Source of the DNA: Candidatus Krumholzibacteriia bacterium
GTDB lineage: Bacteria > Krumholzibacteriota > Krumholzibacteriia > WVZY01
Direction of reading: 5' to 3'
Length of the DNA stretch: 18,208 bases
Assembly (NCBI GenBank): GCA_046754105.1
Contig: JBHHVD010000066.1
Location: forward strand, 1-18,208
Shown: piece by piece, positions 7,752 to 15,195 of the stretch
Position numbering within the stretch: the first letter of the stretch is position 1
How the letters are laid out: the number at the start of each line of letters is the position of its first letter
Notes under the pieces: generated by a model
What the model was told of the DNA's origin: nothing
Databases searched by the model: none
The model's input: only the letters and a program-made list of their open reading frames with translations
Made by a program: the position numbers and the translations under genes

Positions 7752-8139
7752 CGGAGTGCCGGTCTACCGGCAGCTGATGGACCAGGTCAAGTTTCATGTC
7801 GCGAGCGGACTACTGCAAGCCGGAGATGAGCTGCCTTCGACGCGCTCTTTGTCGTCACAACTGGGGATAAACCCGATGACGATCAGCAAGGCATACAGCT
7901 ACCTCGAGAAAGAGGACGTTGTGGAGAGACGCCCCGGGCGTCCGCTGGTGGTCAAGGCCGTGGACGGAGAACAAATCATGGACCGCAAAATCGACCGCGT
8001 GCGTGAGAGCCTGGCGCCCGGCGTGAACGCAGTGCGTCAGCTCGGGGTCGACCACGAGGAGGCCGTCAGGGTCTTCAGAGACATGCTGGGAGACGGCGGC
8101 GAACGCCGCAATCACAAGCCATCGGGGGAGTCATCATGA
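7726..8139 (+). CDS. ytrA: GntR-family transcriptional regulator, YtrA subfamily
   Basis: IVVDPHSGVPVYRQLMDQVK...GDELPSTRSLSSQLGINPMTISKAYSYLE with a short helical C-terminus (137 aa). Followed by an ATGA-coupled ABC ATPase start. Confidence 0.92.
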   Translation: MLIVVDPHSGVPVYRQLMDQVKFHVASGLLQAGDELPSTRSLSSQLGINPMTISKAYSYLEKEDVVERRPGRPLVVKAVDGEQIMDRKIDRVRESLAPGVNAVRQLGVDHEEAVRVFRDMLGDGGERRNHKPSGESS

Positions 8140-8301
8140 GCGTGATCGAATTCAATAATGTCCGCCGCTCGTTCGAGCGTGGCGCAGAGGTTCTCTGCGG
8201 TGCTCTGCGCGTTGCTTGTCGCGGGCGCGTACCGCGTCGTCGTAAAGCGTTTCGAACGCGCCGAACTCGGATCCGGGCAAGGCGTGTGTGTATGCTGGTA
8301 G
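8136..8301 (+). pseudogene. Remnant of ABC transporter genes: ATPase N-terminus fused out of frame to a permease-like C-terminus
   Basis: MSVIEFNNVRRSFERGAEVLCG is a typical ABC ATPase start with a GGGGGAG RBS and ATGA coupling, but no Walker A follows. The +1 frame from about 8191 reads FSAVLCALLVAGAYRVVVKRFERAEL...* (stop 8299-8301), like the last TM helix and tail of an ABC-2 permease. Confidence 0.65.
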
Positions 8302-8356
8302 TCGTCGGGGGCCGGTTCGCCAGGAGGCGCGATTGCCGCCGCCTCTACGGTTGGTG

Positions 8357-9268
8357 TTAGCGCCCGGCCCGGTACGGAACGAACACATCGAGTGCCTGTG
8401 CCACGGACTGCACCTCTATCGAATCCCCATTCGACGTGCAGACTTCTCCGTCGACTTCGTAGCGGACCGGGTGTCCGCATTCGATGCGGAAAGAACCGGC
8501 CTGCCGGATACGGACCCTCTTTTCTCCCTCGTGCCGCCCCCGCGCCACCCGCGAGAAGAGGCGCGCCCGGGCGAGCGGCCCCGCGTCGTAGATGGATACC
8601 GCATCGAGCTTGCCGTCCTCGAGGCTGGCCCGCGGCGCGATGTGAAACGACCCCCCAAAGTAATTGGCGTTGGCGATAACGAGCATCAGGTGGGCGCGAC
8701 GCGCGGACGCCGAGCCTGCATCCGAGATTGCCAGCGGAATCCCCCGAAATCGAAACAACTGGCGCAACGCGCAAACCTGGTAGAGGACGTCGCCCTTGAG
8801 AAGGGGGAAATCCGCCGCGTCGTCGATAACCGCGATGTCGAAACCGAGACCGACGACGTTGAGGAAGTGCCTGCCTTCCACGCGGCCGACGTCTACGGTC
8901 CGCCGGCAGCCGGCCGCAATGCCGCGCACCACGTCTTCCGCACGCTCGCAGGTCACCCCCAGTGACTTTCCGAAGTCGTTCCCGGTGCCGGCCGGCAGCA
9001 TTCCCAGGGTTACGTCCCTTCGCCCGCTCTTGACGATACAATCGGCGACGGCACTCCAGGTCCCGTCACCCCCGACGGCGATGACGTTTGCGTATCCGCG
9101 GGACAGCGCGTCGTTGGCGACCTCGATTTCATGGCCGGCGTGGCGCGTTTCGGCGTGGTCGAAAGCGGGTACGTGGCGGCGGAGCAGAGCGAGGTAGCGG
9201 TCGATGCGACCACGACCGCGGCGCCTTCCGGCTGCGGGGTTGATGATAACGAAGGTGGTCCGGGGCAT
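8357..9268 (-). CDS. Diacylglycerol/sphingosine/ceramide kinase family lipid kinase (YegS/DgkB/CpgB-like)
   Basis: IINPAAG, AVGGDGT, LPAGTGNDF, GLGFD, ANANYFGG and VDGE motifs. The likely start is ATG 9268 (MPRTTFVII). Confidence 0.93.
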   Translation of the reverse strand: MPRTTFVIINPAAGRRRGRGRIDRYLALLRRHVPAFDHAETRHAGHEIEVANDALSRGYANVIAVGGDGTWSAVADCIVKSGRRDVTLGMLPAGTGNDFGKSLGVTCERAEDVVRGIAAGCRRTVDVGRVEGRHFLNVVGLGFDIAVIDDAADFPLLKGDVLYQVCALRQLFRFRGIPLAISDAGSASARRAHLMLVIANANYFGGSFHIAPRASLEDGKLDAVSIYDAGPLARARLFSRVARGRHEGEKRVRIRQAGSFRIECGHPVRYEVDGEVCTSNGDSIEVQSVAQALDVFVPYRAGR

Positions 9269-9297
9269 GGACGGTCGGGGACTGGGTGCAGCCGGAT

Positions 9298-9960
9298 TCA
9301 GATGATTTCGAGCTTTTCGAACGTCTGGACGCCGTCTTTCATCCACAGCTCGCGAAACGGGTAGGATTCGATGTCGGCGTCCAGGATGTGCTCGCACATC
9401 GGGTGGTCGTGAAGAACGAGCTCGCCCTTTTCTTCCTCGTGTTCGGCGAAACTTCCCTCCATGTGGATGTCCGCCTTGAACCGCCGCGATTCATCGACCA
9501 TGAACGCCTGGTACAGGTGGTCGACTGAACTCCACGCGTGGTCGGTCACGGTAAGATCGAGAATGGGTTTCTTCGCCTCGAAGACACGGACCTGGATCCG
9601 GCCCGCGGATTCGTCGAAAGACATTCCAATATCGCTCATGTAATGGGGAAGATGCCAGCGTTCGATGGCGTGCTCCCGCGACTCGCGCGTGCTCGTACCT
9701 ACCAGGAAGGGGTAGAAAGCGGATTTGGGCATGTCGCTGCCGGCCTTCATCAACGGCGGCGAGATGATCGCGAGGACGATCTCGTGGTAGCTGCCTACCA
9801 TACTGTCCGTAAAGTCGAACGCGGTGACGGCAAATACGCCTCTGCTGTGCCGGAGCTCGAGGGGTTCGAGATGGCGCGGCAGCAACTCGCGCGCGGCGTC
9901 CGACGACATCTCGAAAAACGCGCTGACGGCCTGTCGAAAATGGTAGCGCGTCAGTGACAT
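9298..9960 (-). CDS. Acetoacetate-decarboxylase-like superfamily protein (catalytic Lys apparently replaced)
   Basis: ADC-like pattern ARELLPRHLEP...FAVTAFDFTDSMVGSYHEIVLAI...AIERWHLPH. Overlaps the upstream PLP-enzyme stop by 10 bp. Confidence 0.65.
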   Translation of the reverse strand: MSLTRYHFRQAVSAFFEMSSDAARELLPRHLEPLELRHSRGVFAVTAFDFTDSMVGSYHEIVLAIISPPLMKAGSDMPKSAFYPFLVGTSTRESREHAIERWHLPHYMSDIGMSFDESAGRIQVRVFEAKKPILDLTVTDHAWSSVDHLYQAFMVDESRRFKADIHMEGSFAEHEEEKGELVLHDHPMCEHILDADIESYPFRELWMKDGVQTFEKLEII

Positions 9961-11306
9961 AGTCCGTTTCTCTTCAAGACCCGGGTGATTATTGCGGCGC
10001 CTTCCTCGAGGTCGGCGGTGGTATGCGCTGCGGTCACCGAGATACGGAATCTAGAGCGGTGCTTACCGACGGCGGGATAGCGGACTACGTTGAGGTAGGC
10101 GCCCTCGTGTATCATTTCTTCCGCCATGGCAAATATTCGCTCGTCGTCGCGAATCATGATGGGTATTACCTGCGAGGCAGAAGAACCGATGTCGACTCCC
10201 GAGTTCTTGAGCAGGGTGCTCAGGATGCCGACGTTTTCCCAGAGCTTCCCTCGCAGCTCGGGTTCCGCCTGGGCAATTTCGAGGGCCTTGATGAGTCCGG
10301 CCACGACTCCTGGAGGCAGCGCGCACGAGAACATCCGGGAGCGCGCGAAGCCGCGCAGGTAGTTGATCAGCTTCCGCGAGCCGGCGACGTAGCCCCCGAT
10401 GCCGCCGAGGCTCTTGGAAAACGTCCCGAAATGGATGTCCATCTCGTCATCAAGCCCGAAGTGCTCCGCCACGCCGCGGCCGTTCTTGCCGAAGATGAAC
10501 GCCGAATGAGCTTCGTCGATCATGATGCGCGCGCCGTGGCTGCGGCAGACCTCTACGATCTCGGGCAACCTGGCCAGATCACCGTCCATGGAGTATACGC
10601 CCTCGACGATTACCAGCTTCTTGCCCGGGAACTCCTCGAGCTTTCTCTCCAGGTCACCGACGACGTTGTGCCGGAAATAACGAACCTTGGCCTTGGACAG
10701 GATGATGCCGTCCACAATGCTGGCGTGCGCGAACTGGTCGGTGACGACAAGATCTCCGGACCGCATCAATCCCGCGATCACGCCCAGGTTGGCGCTGTAC
10801 CCGGAAGGAAAGATCAACGCCGCCTCCGTGCCCTTGAAGCGGGCGACCTTTTCTGCCAGCTCGTCGTGAAGGTCCAGCGTGCCGCTCAGAATGGGGGAGC
10901 CCGAGGCGCCGGTCCCGTATTTTCGGGTGGCCTCGATCGCCGCCTCCTGGATCTCCTCGCGATACGAGAGCCCGAGATAATTGTAGGAGGCGAAATTGAT
11001 CAGATTCTCGATCTTCGTGTAACTCTTCGCTTCGAGGACGTCCACGCGGGTGCCCGGGGGGGTCAGCATCGGCTGGCCTACAAAGAGGTAATACCCCGCT
11101 GCGCGAGCGTCCGGCCACCATTCGTCGAAGGCATCGACCATGACGAAGGGATCGTCGCCCGAACCGAAGAAGAAATTGCTGTAGTCGTACTCCGAGAGCT
11201 TCGGTCTCGGGGCTGCGGGCGCGGGCTTTTCCGGCGCGGAGTCTGCGGCGCGCGGGCCCACGTCCGCGGGAAGCGCTTTTTCGGCTTGTTGTCTTGACGG
11301 TTTCAT
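9951..11306 (-). CDS. PLP-dependent alpha-oxoamine synthase, serine palmitoyltransferase-like
   Basis: SYNYLGL, SGYSANLG, AHASIVDG, EGVYSMDGD, DEAHS, PLP-Lys motif GTFSKSLGG and RFRIS. GTFSKS is typical of bacterial SPTs, versus GTLGKA in KBL and TLSKA/TFGKG in BioF. The neighbours are lipid genes and no bio genes are present. Confidence 0.85.
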   Translation of the reverse strand: MKPSRQQAEKALPADVGPRAADSAPEKPAPAAPRPKLSEYDYSNFFFGSGDDPFVMVDAFDEWWPDARAAGYYLFVGQPMLTPPGTRVDVLEAKSYTKIENLINFASYNYLGLSYREEIQEAAIEATRKYGTGASGSPILSGTLDLHDELAEKVARFKGTEAALIFPSGYSANLGVIAGLMRSGDLVVTDQFAHASIVDGIILSKAKVRYFRHNVVGDLERKLEEFPGKKLVIVEGVYSMDGDLARLPEIVEVCRSHGARIMIDEAHSAFIFGKNGRGVAEHFGLDDEMDIHFGTFSKSLGGIGGYVAGSRKLINYLRGFARSRMFSCALPPGVVAGLIKALEIAQAEPELRGKLWENVGILSTLLKNSGVDIGSSASQVIPIMIRDDERIFAMAEEMIHEGAYLNVVRYPAVGKHRSRFRISVTAAHTTADLEEGAAIITRVLKRNGLCH

Positions 11307-11367
11307 CGAAAACGGTCTAGTTTCTCTAGTTAGATTTCAGCGCATACCTTGTGCGAAACGCCGGGTA

Positions 11368-11401
11368 AAGTCAAGCATTTAAGGAAATCGCAAGTCAAGC
11401 A
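11368..11401. repeat. 10-bp direct repeat in the divergent promoter region
   Basis: AAGTCAAGCA occurs exactly at 11368-11377 and 11392-11401. Confidence 0.6.
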
Positions 11402-11407
11402 CCAAAA

Positions 11408-12250
11408 GTGACGTCTCGTGCGCCGGCGCGGCGGGCGCACGGCGGATTCCCGCAAAAAGGGCGAAGTAAGCTATTGCCATTACGAGGATTCATCAGCCTG
11501 GCCCTCCTCGGTGTCTTTTTTGTGGCCGGGGATCTGGTGCAACGCACGGTCATCGCCGCTCTGGTACGGCTCTCGCCGTCGTCGCGCGAGCGCATACTCC
11601 GCAGGTGGGTGGAGTGGGCGGCCCGTATGGCGATATGGACGTCGAGCCGTATCGGTGGGGCGAAGATCGATAATCAAGTCGCCATTCCCGCGGAGCCTGG
11701 GGCGCTCATTCTGATGAACCACCAGTCGCTGCTCGACATCCCGGTGGCCTTCGAGTTCACCACGGGGGGTTATTCGAAGGTCGTGACGAGGACGCGCTAC
11801 AGCCGCAAGATCCCCCTGGTGTCGCACATGCTGCGTCTCTACGGGCACCCGCTGGTCGATCCCGGCCGGGACGTGGCTGCGCAGCTCGCCCGGTTGCGGG
11901 CGCTGGCGGCGACGACGACCCACCCGCTGCTGATCTTCCCCGAGGGATCTCGCACACGGGACGGCGAGATCCGGCCGTTCAGGACCGCTGGTCTGGAGGC
12001 CATCCTGGCGGCTCGGCGGTGGAAGGTGTACGTGGTGGTCGTCGAAGGGCTCTGGAACTGCGCGAAGCTCGTCGATTATGTCCGTAACATCAGTTCCGTC
12101 CGGGCGCGAGTCGAAAGCGCGGGGCCGTTCGAATCTCCCGGGCGCGAGGAAGCCCCGGGACCGTTCATAGAACGCATGCGCGGTGTGATGTGTGATAAAC
12201 TGCACGAAATGCGGCGCAGGCCCACGCCCCGCCGAGCGGGCCAGGAGTGA
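11408..12250 (+). CDS. PlsC-type lysophospholipid acyltransferase family protein
   Basis: Motif I NHQSLLD (HxxxxD), motif III FPEGSR and an N-terminal hydrophobic helix. The start is uncertain (GTG 11408 or TTG 11474). Confidence 0.9.
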   Translation: MTSRAPARRAHGGFPQKGRSKLLPLRGFISLALLGVFFVAGDLVQRTVIAALVRLSPSSRERILRRWVEWAARMAIWTSSRIGGAKIDNQVAIPAEPGALILMNHQSLLDIPVAFEFTTGGYSKVVTRTRYSRKIPLVSHMLRLYGHPLVDPGRDVAAQLARLRALAATTTHPLLIFPEGSRTRDGEIRPFRTAGLEAILAARRWKVYVVVVEGLWNCAKLVDYVRNISSVRARVESAGPFESPGREEAPGPFIERMRGVMCDKLHEMRRRPTPRRAGQE

Positions 12251-12252
12251 CG

Positions 12253-13317
12253 ATGTCTGATTCCGAAAGGGTTGACCACGACAAAGTGATCGCCGGCGAT
12301 TTCGGTGCGGCCGGCGCCGTCGCCAGCCACCTGAGCGGCAGCGGGTTGCCGCCGGAGGTCAGTGTGAGTCTCGGGTTGTTGACAGAGGCCTGCGGCGACA
12401 ACCTCGTGGCCGTGATCCTCTTTGGCTCCAGGTTACTCGGCACGTCTCCCGACGCGCACAGTGCGGCCGATCTCTTCGTGGTCGTGGACGAGTACGAGCA
12501 ATTCTATCGGGATGTCGGTCGAAGACTGCCTGCCCGGCGGCGCGCAAGCATCATGGCAGCCCTCAACCGGGCACTGCCACCCAATATTATATCGGTCCGC
12601 GATCCAGGGGACCTGAGGGCGGGCACGAAGTGTTTCGTCACGAGCCACGACGATCTGGTGACGGCGTTGTCGGGCGAGGCGCGGGATCATTTCTGTCGCG
12701 GGCGCATGATGCAGCAGTTCCAGATCATCCACTCGCGCTCCGTGGAGGACGGCGCGCGCCTGGAGGAGCGCCTGCTGGACGCGCGGTGCCTGACGCTGGA
12801 CTGGGTGCCCCTCTACCTGCCGCGCACTTTTTCCGTCCTCGATTATTGCCGGCGCATGCTCGAGGTATCCTACGCAGGAGAGATCCGTCCCGAATCGCGC
12901 TCGCGCGTGGCCGAAGTATTCGAAGCGCAGCGCCACTACTTGATACTGAGCTACACGCGGGTGCTCGAAGACGCGGTGTCCCGCGGGAGGCTCGAACGCG
13001 CCGGTGGGCTGTACCGTTTGCCGGCGCCTCCAACCGCGCGCACCCGGCTCCGATGGCGGTTGTTTTTTATCCGTTCCAAGACGCGCGCGACCCTGCGGTG
13101 GTCGAAGTACATGCTGACCTTTGATGACTGGCTCGATTACATCGTTCGCAAGGTGGAGCGGCGGACGGGGCTTCGGCTCGAGCTGACACCCAACGAGCGC
13201 CGGTTCCCAATCCTCTTGCTGTGGCCCAGGGTGTGGCACGTTTTCAGGGCCATGCGCTCGATCCCGCGCTCGCGGGGCGGCGCAGACGATTCGCGGTCGA
13301 AGGGGGGGCCGGTATGA
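12253..13317 (+). CDS. Nucleotidyltransferase-fold protein, Tam41/CpgC-like putative lipid-phosphate cytidylyltransferase
   Basis: VAVILFGS...AADLFVVVDEY resembles the Tam41 pattern (FAYGS...IDFIFAVD). It sits between an acyltransferase and a CDP-alcohol phosphotransferase. RBS CAGGAG precedes ATG 12253 (alternative GTG 12247). Confidence 0.65.
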   Translation: MSDSERVDHDKVIAGDFGAAGAVASHLSGSGLPPEVSVSLGLLTEACGDNLVAVILFGSRLLGTSPDAHSAADLFVVVDEYEQFYRDVGRRLPARRRASIMAALNRALPPNIISVRDPGDLRAGTKCFVTSHDDLVTALSGEARDHFCRGRMMQQFQIIHSRSVEDGARLEERLLDARCLTLDWVPLYLPRTFSVLDYCRRMLEVSYAGEIRPESRSRVAEVFEAQRHYLILSYTRVLEDAVSRGRLERAGGLYRLPAPPTARTRLRWRLFFIRSKTRATLRWSKYMLTFDDWLDYIVRKVERRTGLRLELTPNERRFPILLLWPRVWHVFRAMRSIPRSRGGADDSRSKGGPV

Positions 13318-14051
13318 GATCGGGCCCGGCCTCGCTCGCCGTCATGATCGTTTTTGCGCTGCTGACCATGGTGGTCTACCGCTTCGGCGGCGGCGGACGA
13401 GCGGGCTCGCAGGACGCCACCGGTCGGGGCGGCTCATTCGTCCTGGGGTACTGGGTACGGAACTGGTTTTACTGGTTCATACGGCCGGTGATACGAATGT
13501 CGCTGGCGACGAACCTGGGGCCGCTGTTCTTTAACCTTGCGGCCGTGGCGTGCGGTGTGGCGAGCATGGTATTCTTCGCGCGCGGGCAGCTCGCAGCGGC
13601 CGGGTGGTGTATTTTGTTAAGCGGATTTGCCGATGTGATGGATGGGGAGATCGCGCGGGGCCGCGGCGTCACCTCATCGTCTGGCGCGTTCCTCGATTCC
13701 ACACTCGACCGTTTCAGCGAACTGGCCGTGTTCGTCGGCCTGGCGGCATTCCTGCAATCGGGCAGCGCGGTGATCCTGGTGCTGGTCGCCCTCGGGGGGT
13801 CCCTTCTCGTCAGCTATACGAGGGCGCGCGGCGAAAGCCTCGGAATCACCTGTAAGGCCGGCCTGATGCAGCGGGCCGAGCGGCTGCTGCTCCTCGGTTT
13901 CGGGGCAATCCTCGACCCGGCGTTGTCGGCCGTATTCGGGAGGGAACCCGGATTCATACTGCAGATTCTCATCGTCATCATTGCGGTAGGGACGGTTGCC
14001 ACCGCCATTTATCGTACGATCTGGATCTCGCGCCGATTGCTTGAAGAATAG
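13314..14051 (+). CDS. CDP-alcohol phosphatidyltransferase family protein (PIP/AIP-synthase-like)
   Basis: Signature DVMDGEIAR-x7-GAFLDSTLDR and SYTRARGE...GLMQRAER. ATGA overlap with the upstream gene at 13314-13317. Confidence 0.93.
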   Translation: MRSGPASLAVMIVFALLTMVVYRFGGGGRAGSQDATGRGGSFVLGYWVRNWFYWFIRPVIRMSLATNLGPLFFNLAAVACGVASMVFFARGQLAAAGWCILLSGFADVMDGEIARGRGVTSSSGAFLDSTLDRFSELAVFVGLAAFLQSGSAVILVLVALGGSLLVSYTRARGESLGITCKAGLMQRAERLLLLGFGAILDPALSAVFGREPGFILQILIVIIAVGTVATAIYRTIWISRRLLEE

Positions 14052-14061
14052 GGAGAACCAC

Positions 14062-14553
14062 ATGTCGGAAAACGAAGAACTGACCCGGGGACACCGGCGT
14101 CACATCCTCGGCAGCACCCTGATCGTTCTCGGCCTCGTGTTGTTCTTGACTCGCATCTTCAACGGCCCGACGGACACCGTCGTGTTGTTTACGATCGGCG
14201 GTGTGTTCCTTGCCTGGTACCTCTACCGCCGCCGTTACGGAATGCTCGTCCCCGCGTGTATCCTGCTGGGTCTGGCGGTCGGCAGGACCCTGGATCGAAC
14301 GGCCCTCCGCCTCGAGGACCCGAACAAGCTGGGACTGGGAATCGGGTTCGTGTCGATCTTCGTCATCGATATGCTGATCCGCGAGCGGTCGCCATGGTGG
14401 CCCATCGTACCGGGCGCGATACTGATCGTGCTGGGGGTGGGACTCGACTTTGGCCCTGCCGATTGGCTGATGACATACGGCTGGCCGTTGATTTTCGTCG
14501 TCGCCGGCCTGCTGTTTTTGACCGGGATCGTCGGCCGGGGCCCGCGCGGGTAA
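14062..14553 (+). CDS. Multi-pass membrane protein (LiaF/LiaI-TM-like repeats)
   Basis: GGGAG RBS before ATG 14062. About 6 short Gly-rich TM helices, with WWPIVPG and WPLIFVVAG motifs. Confidence 0.75.
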   Translation: MSENEELTRGHRRHILGSTLIVLGLVLFLTRIFNGPTDTVVLFTIGGVFLAWYLYRRRYGMLVPACILLGLAVGRTLDRTALRLEDPNKLGLGIGFVSIFVIDMLIRERSPWWPIVPGAILIVLGVGLDFGPADWLMTYGWPLIFVVAGLLFLTGIVGRGPRG

Positions 14554-14592
14554 ACGTTGTGTGGGTGAACCCTGCCGCGGAAGACGCTGCGG

Positions 14593-15195
14593 CTACCCCA
14601 ACCAGCTCTTGCGATTCTTGTACAGAGCAACCGCGAGGAGCACCAGCGCCAGCGTGACGAGGCTCCAGTTGGGGAGCTTGAGCACGTACCCGAGATACGC
14701 GATCAAGTAGTACCGCGGTGTGCGCCCGACGGCGAGGGCGGCGAGGTATTTTTCCATCGCGTAGCCGTCGGCGATGCTGAGAAACTTGATCGGGTAAAAC
14801 GGGATCGGTGTCAAACCCACTACCACCAGCGCCCAGAAGGGCGATTTCCTGAAAAAATCCACAGAGCGTTTGTAGAGACCCGTGTCTACGTATTTCTCGC
14901 GCACGCGGGGATGATGAATCAGCGGAATGAAAAGCCAGTAATCCCACATGCCCGCAACCAGGCAGCCAGCGAGCGAGGTGATGGCACACCACAGGGCCGG
15001 ATATGACTTGGCGTAATAGAGCAACGCCGGCTCGTGCGGAAACGGCGAGACGAACATGTGAGAGGGAATAGTATAGAGCCCCAGCCACACCAGGCCACGT
15101 TGCGCGGGAAGGAGCCAAAGGAGAAGCGCCCCGCCCGAGAGCACGACGACGGCGGTCAGCGCAAAGAAGCTCCAGTTACGTGCGCTTCGTGTCAC
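14593..15195 (-). CDS. DedA/VTT-domain (YqaA-like) membrane protein
   Basis: PFPHEPALL re-entrant motif, GLTPIPF and VGRTPRY are typical DedA/VTT patterns. The GTG start overlaps the radical SAM stop by 20 bp. Confidence 0.8.
   Translation of the reverse strand: MTRSARNWSFFALTAVVVLSGGALLLWLLPAQRGLVWLGLYTIPSHMFVSPFPHEPALLYYAKSYPALWCAITSLAGCLVAGMWDYWLFIPLIHHPRVREKYVDTGLYKRSVDFFRKSPFWALVVVGLTPIPFYPIKFLSIADGYAMEKYLAALAVGRTPRYYLIAYLGYVLKLPNWSLVTLALVLLAVALYKNRKSWLG

Noticed and set aside
8136..8360. Intact 74-aa protein as given in the ORF track
   Set aside because: After about residue 22 it loses ABC similarity and becomes Arg-rich. It is better explained as a deletion remnant.
10023..11297. 424-aa antisense ORF over the SPT-like gene
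   Set aside because: It is an antisense shadow of a GC3-rich gene with no recognisable motifs.
9951..11306. Annotation as bioF or kbl
   Set aside because: There are no biotin or threonine dehydrogenase genes nearby, and the GTFSKS motif and lipid context favour SPT-like function. It is not fully excluded without a phylogeny.
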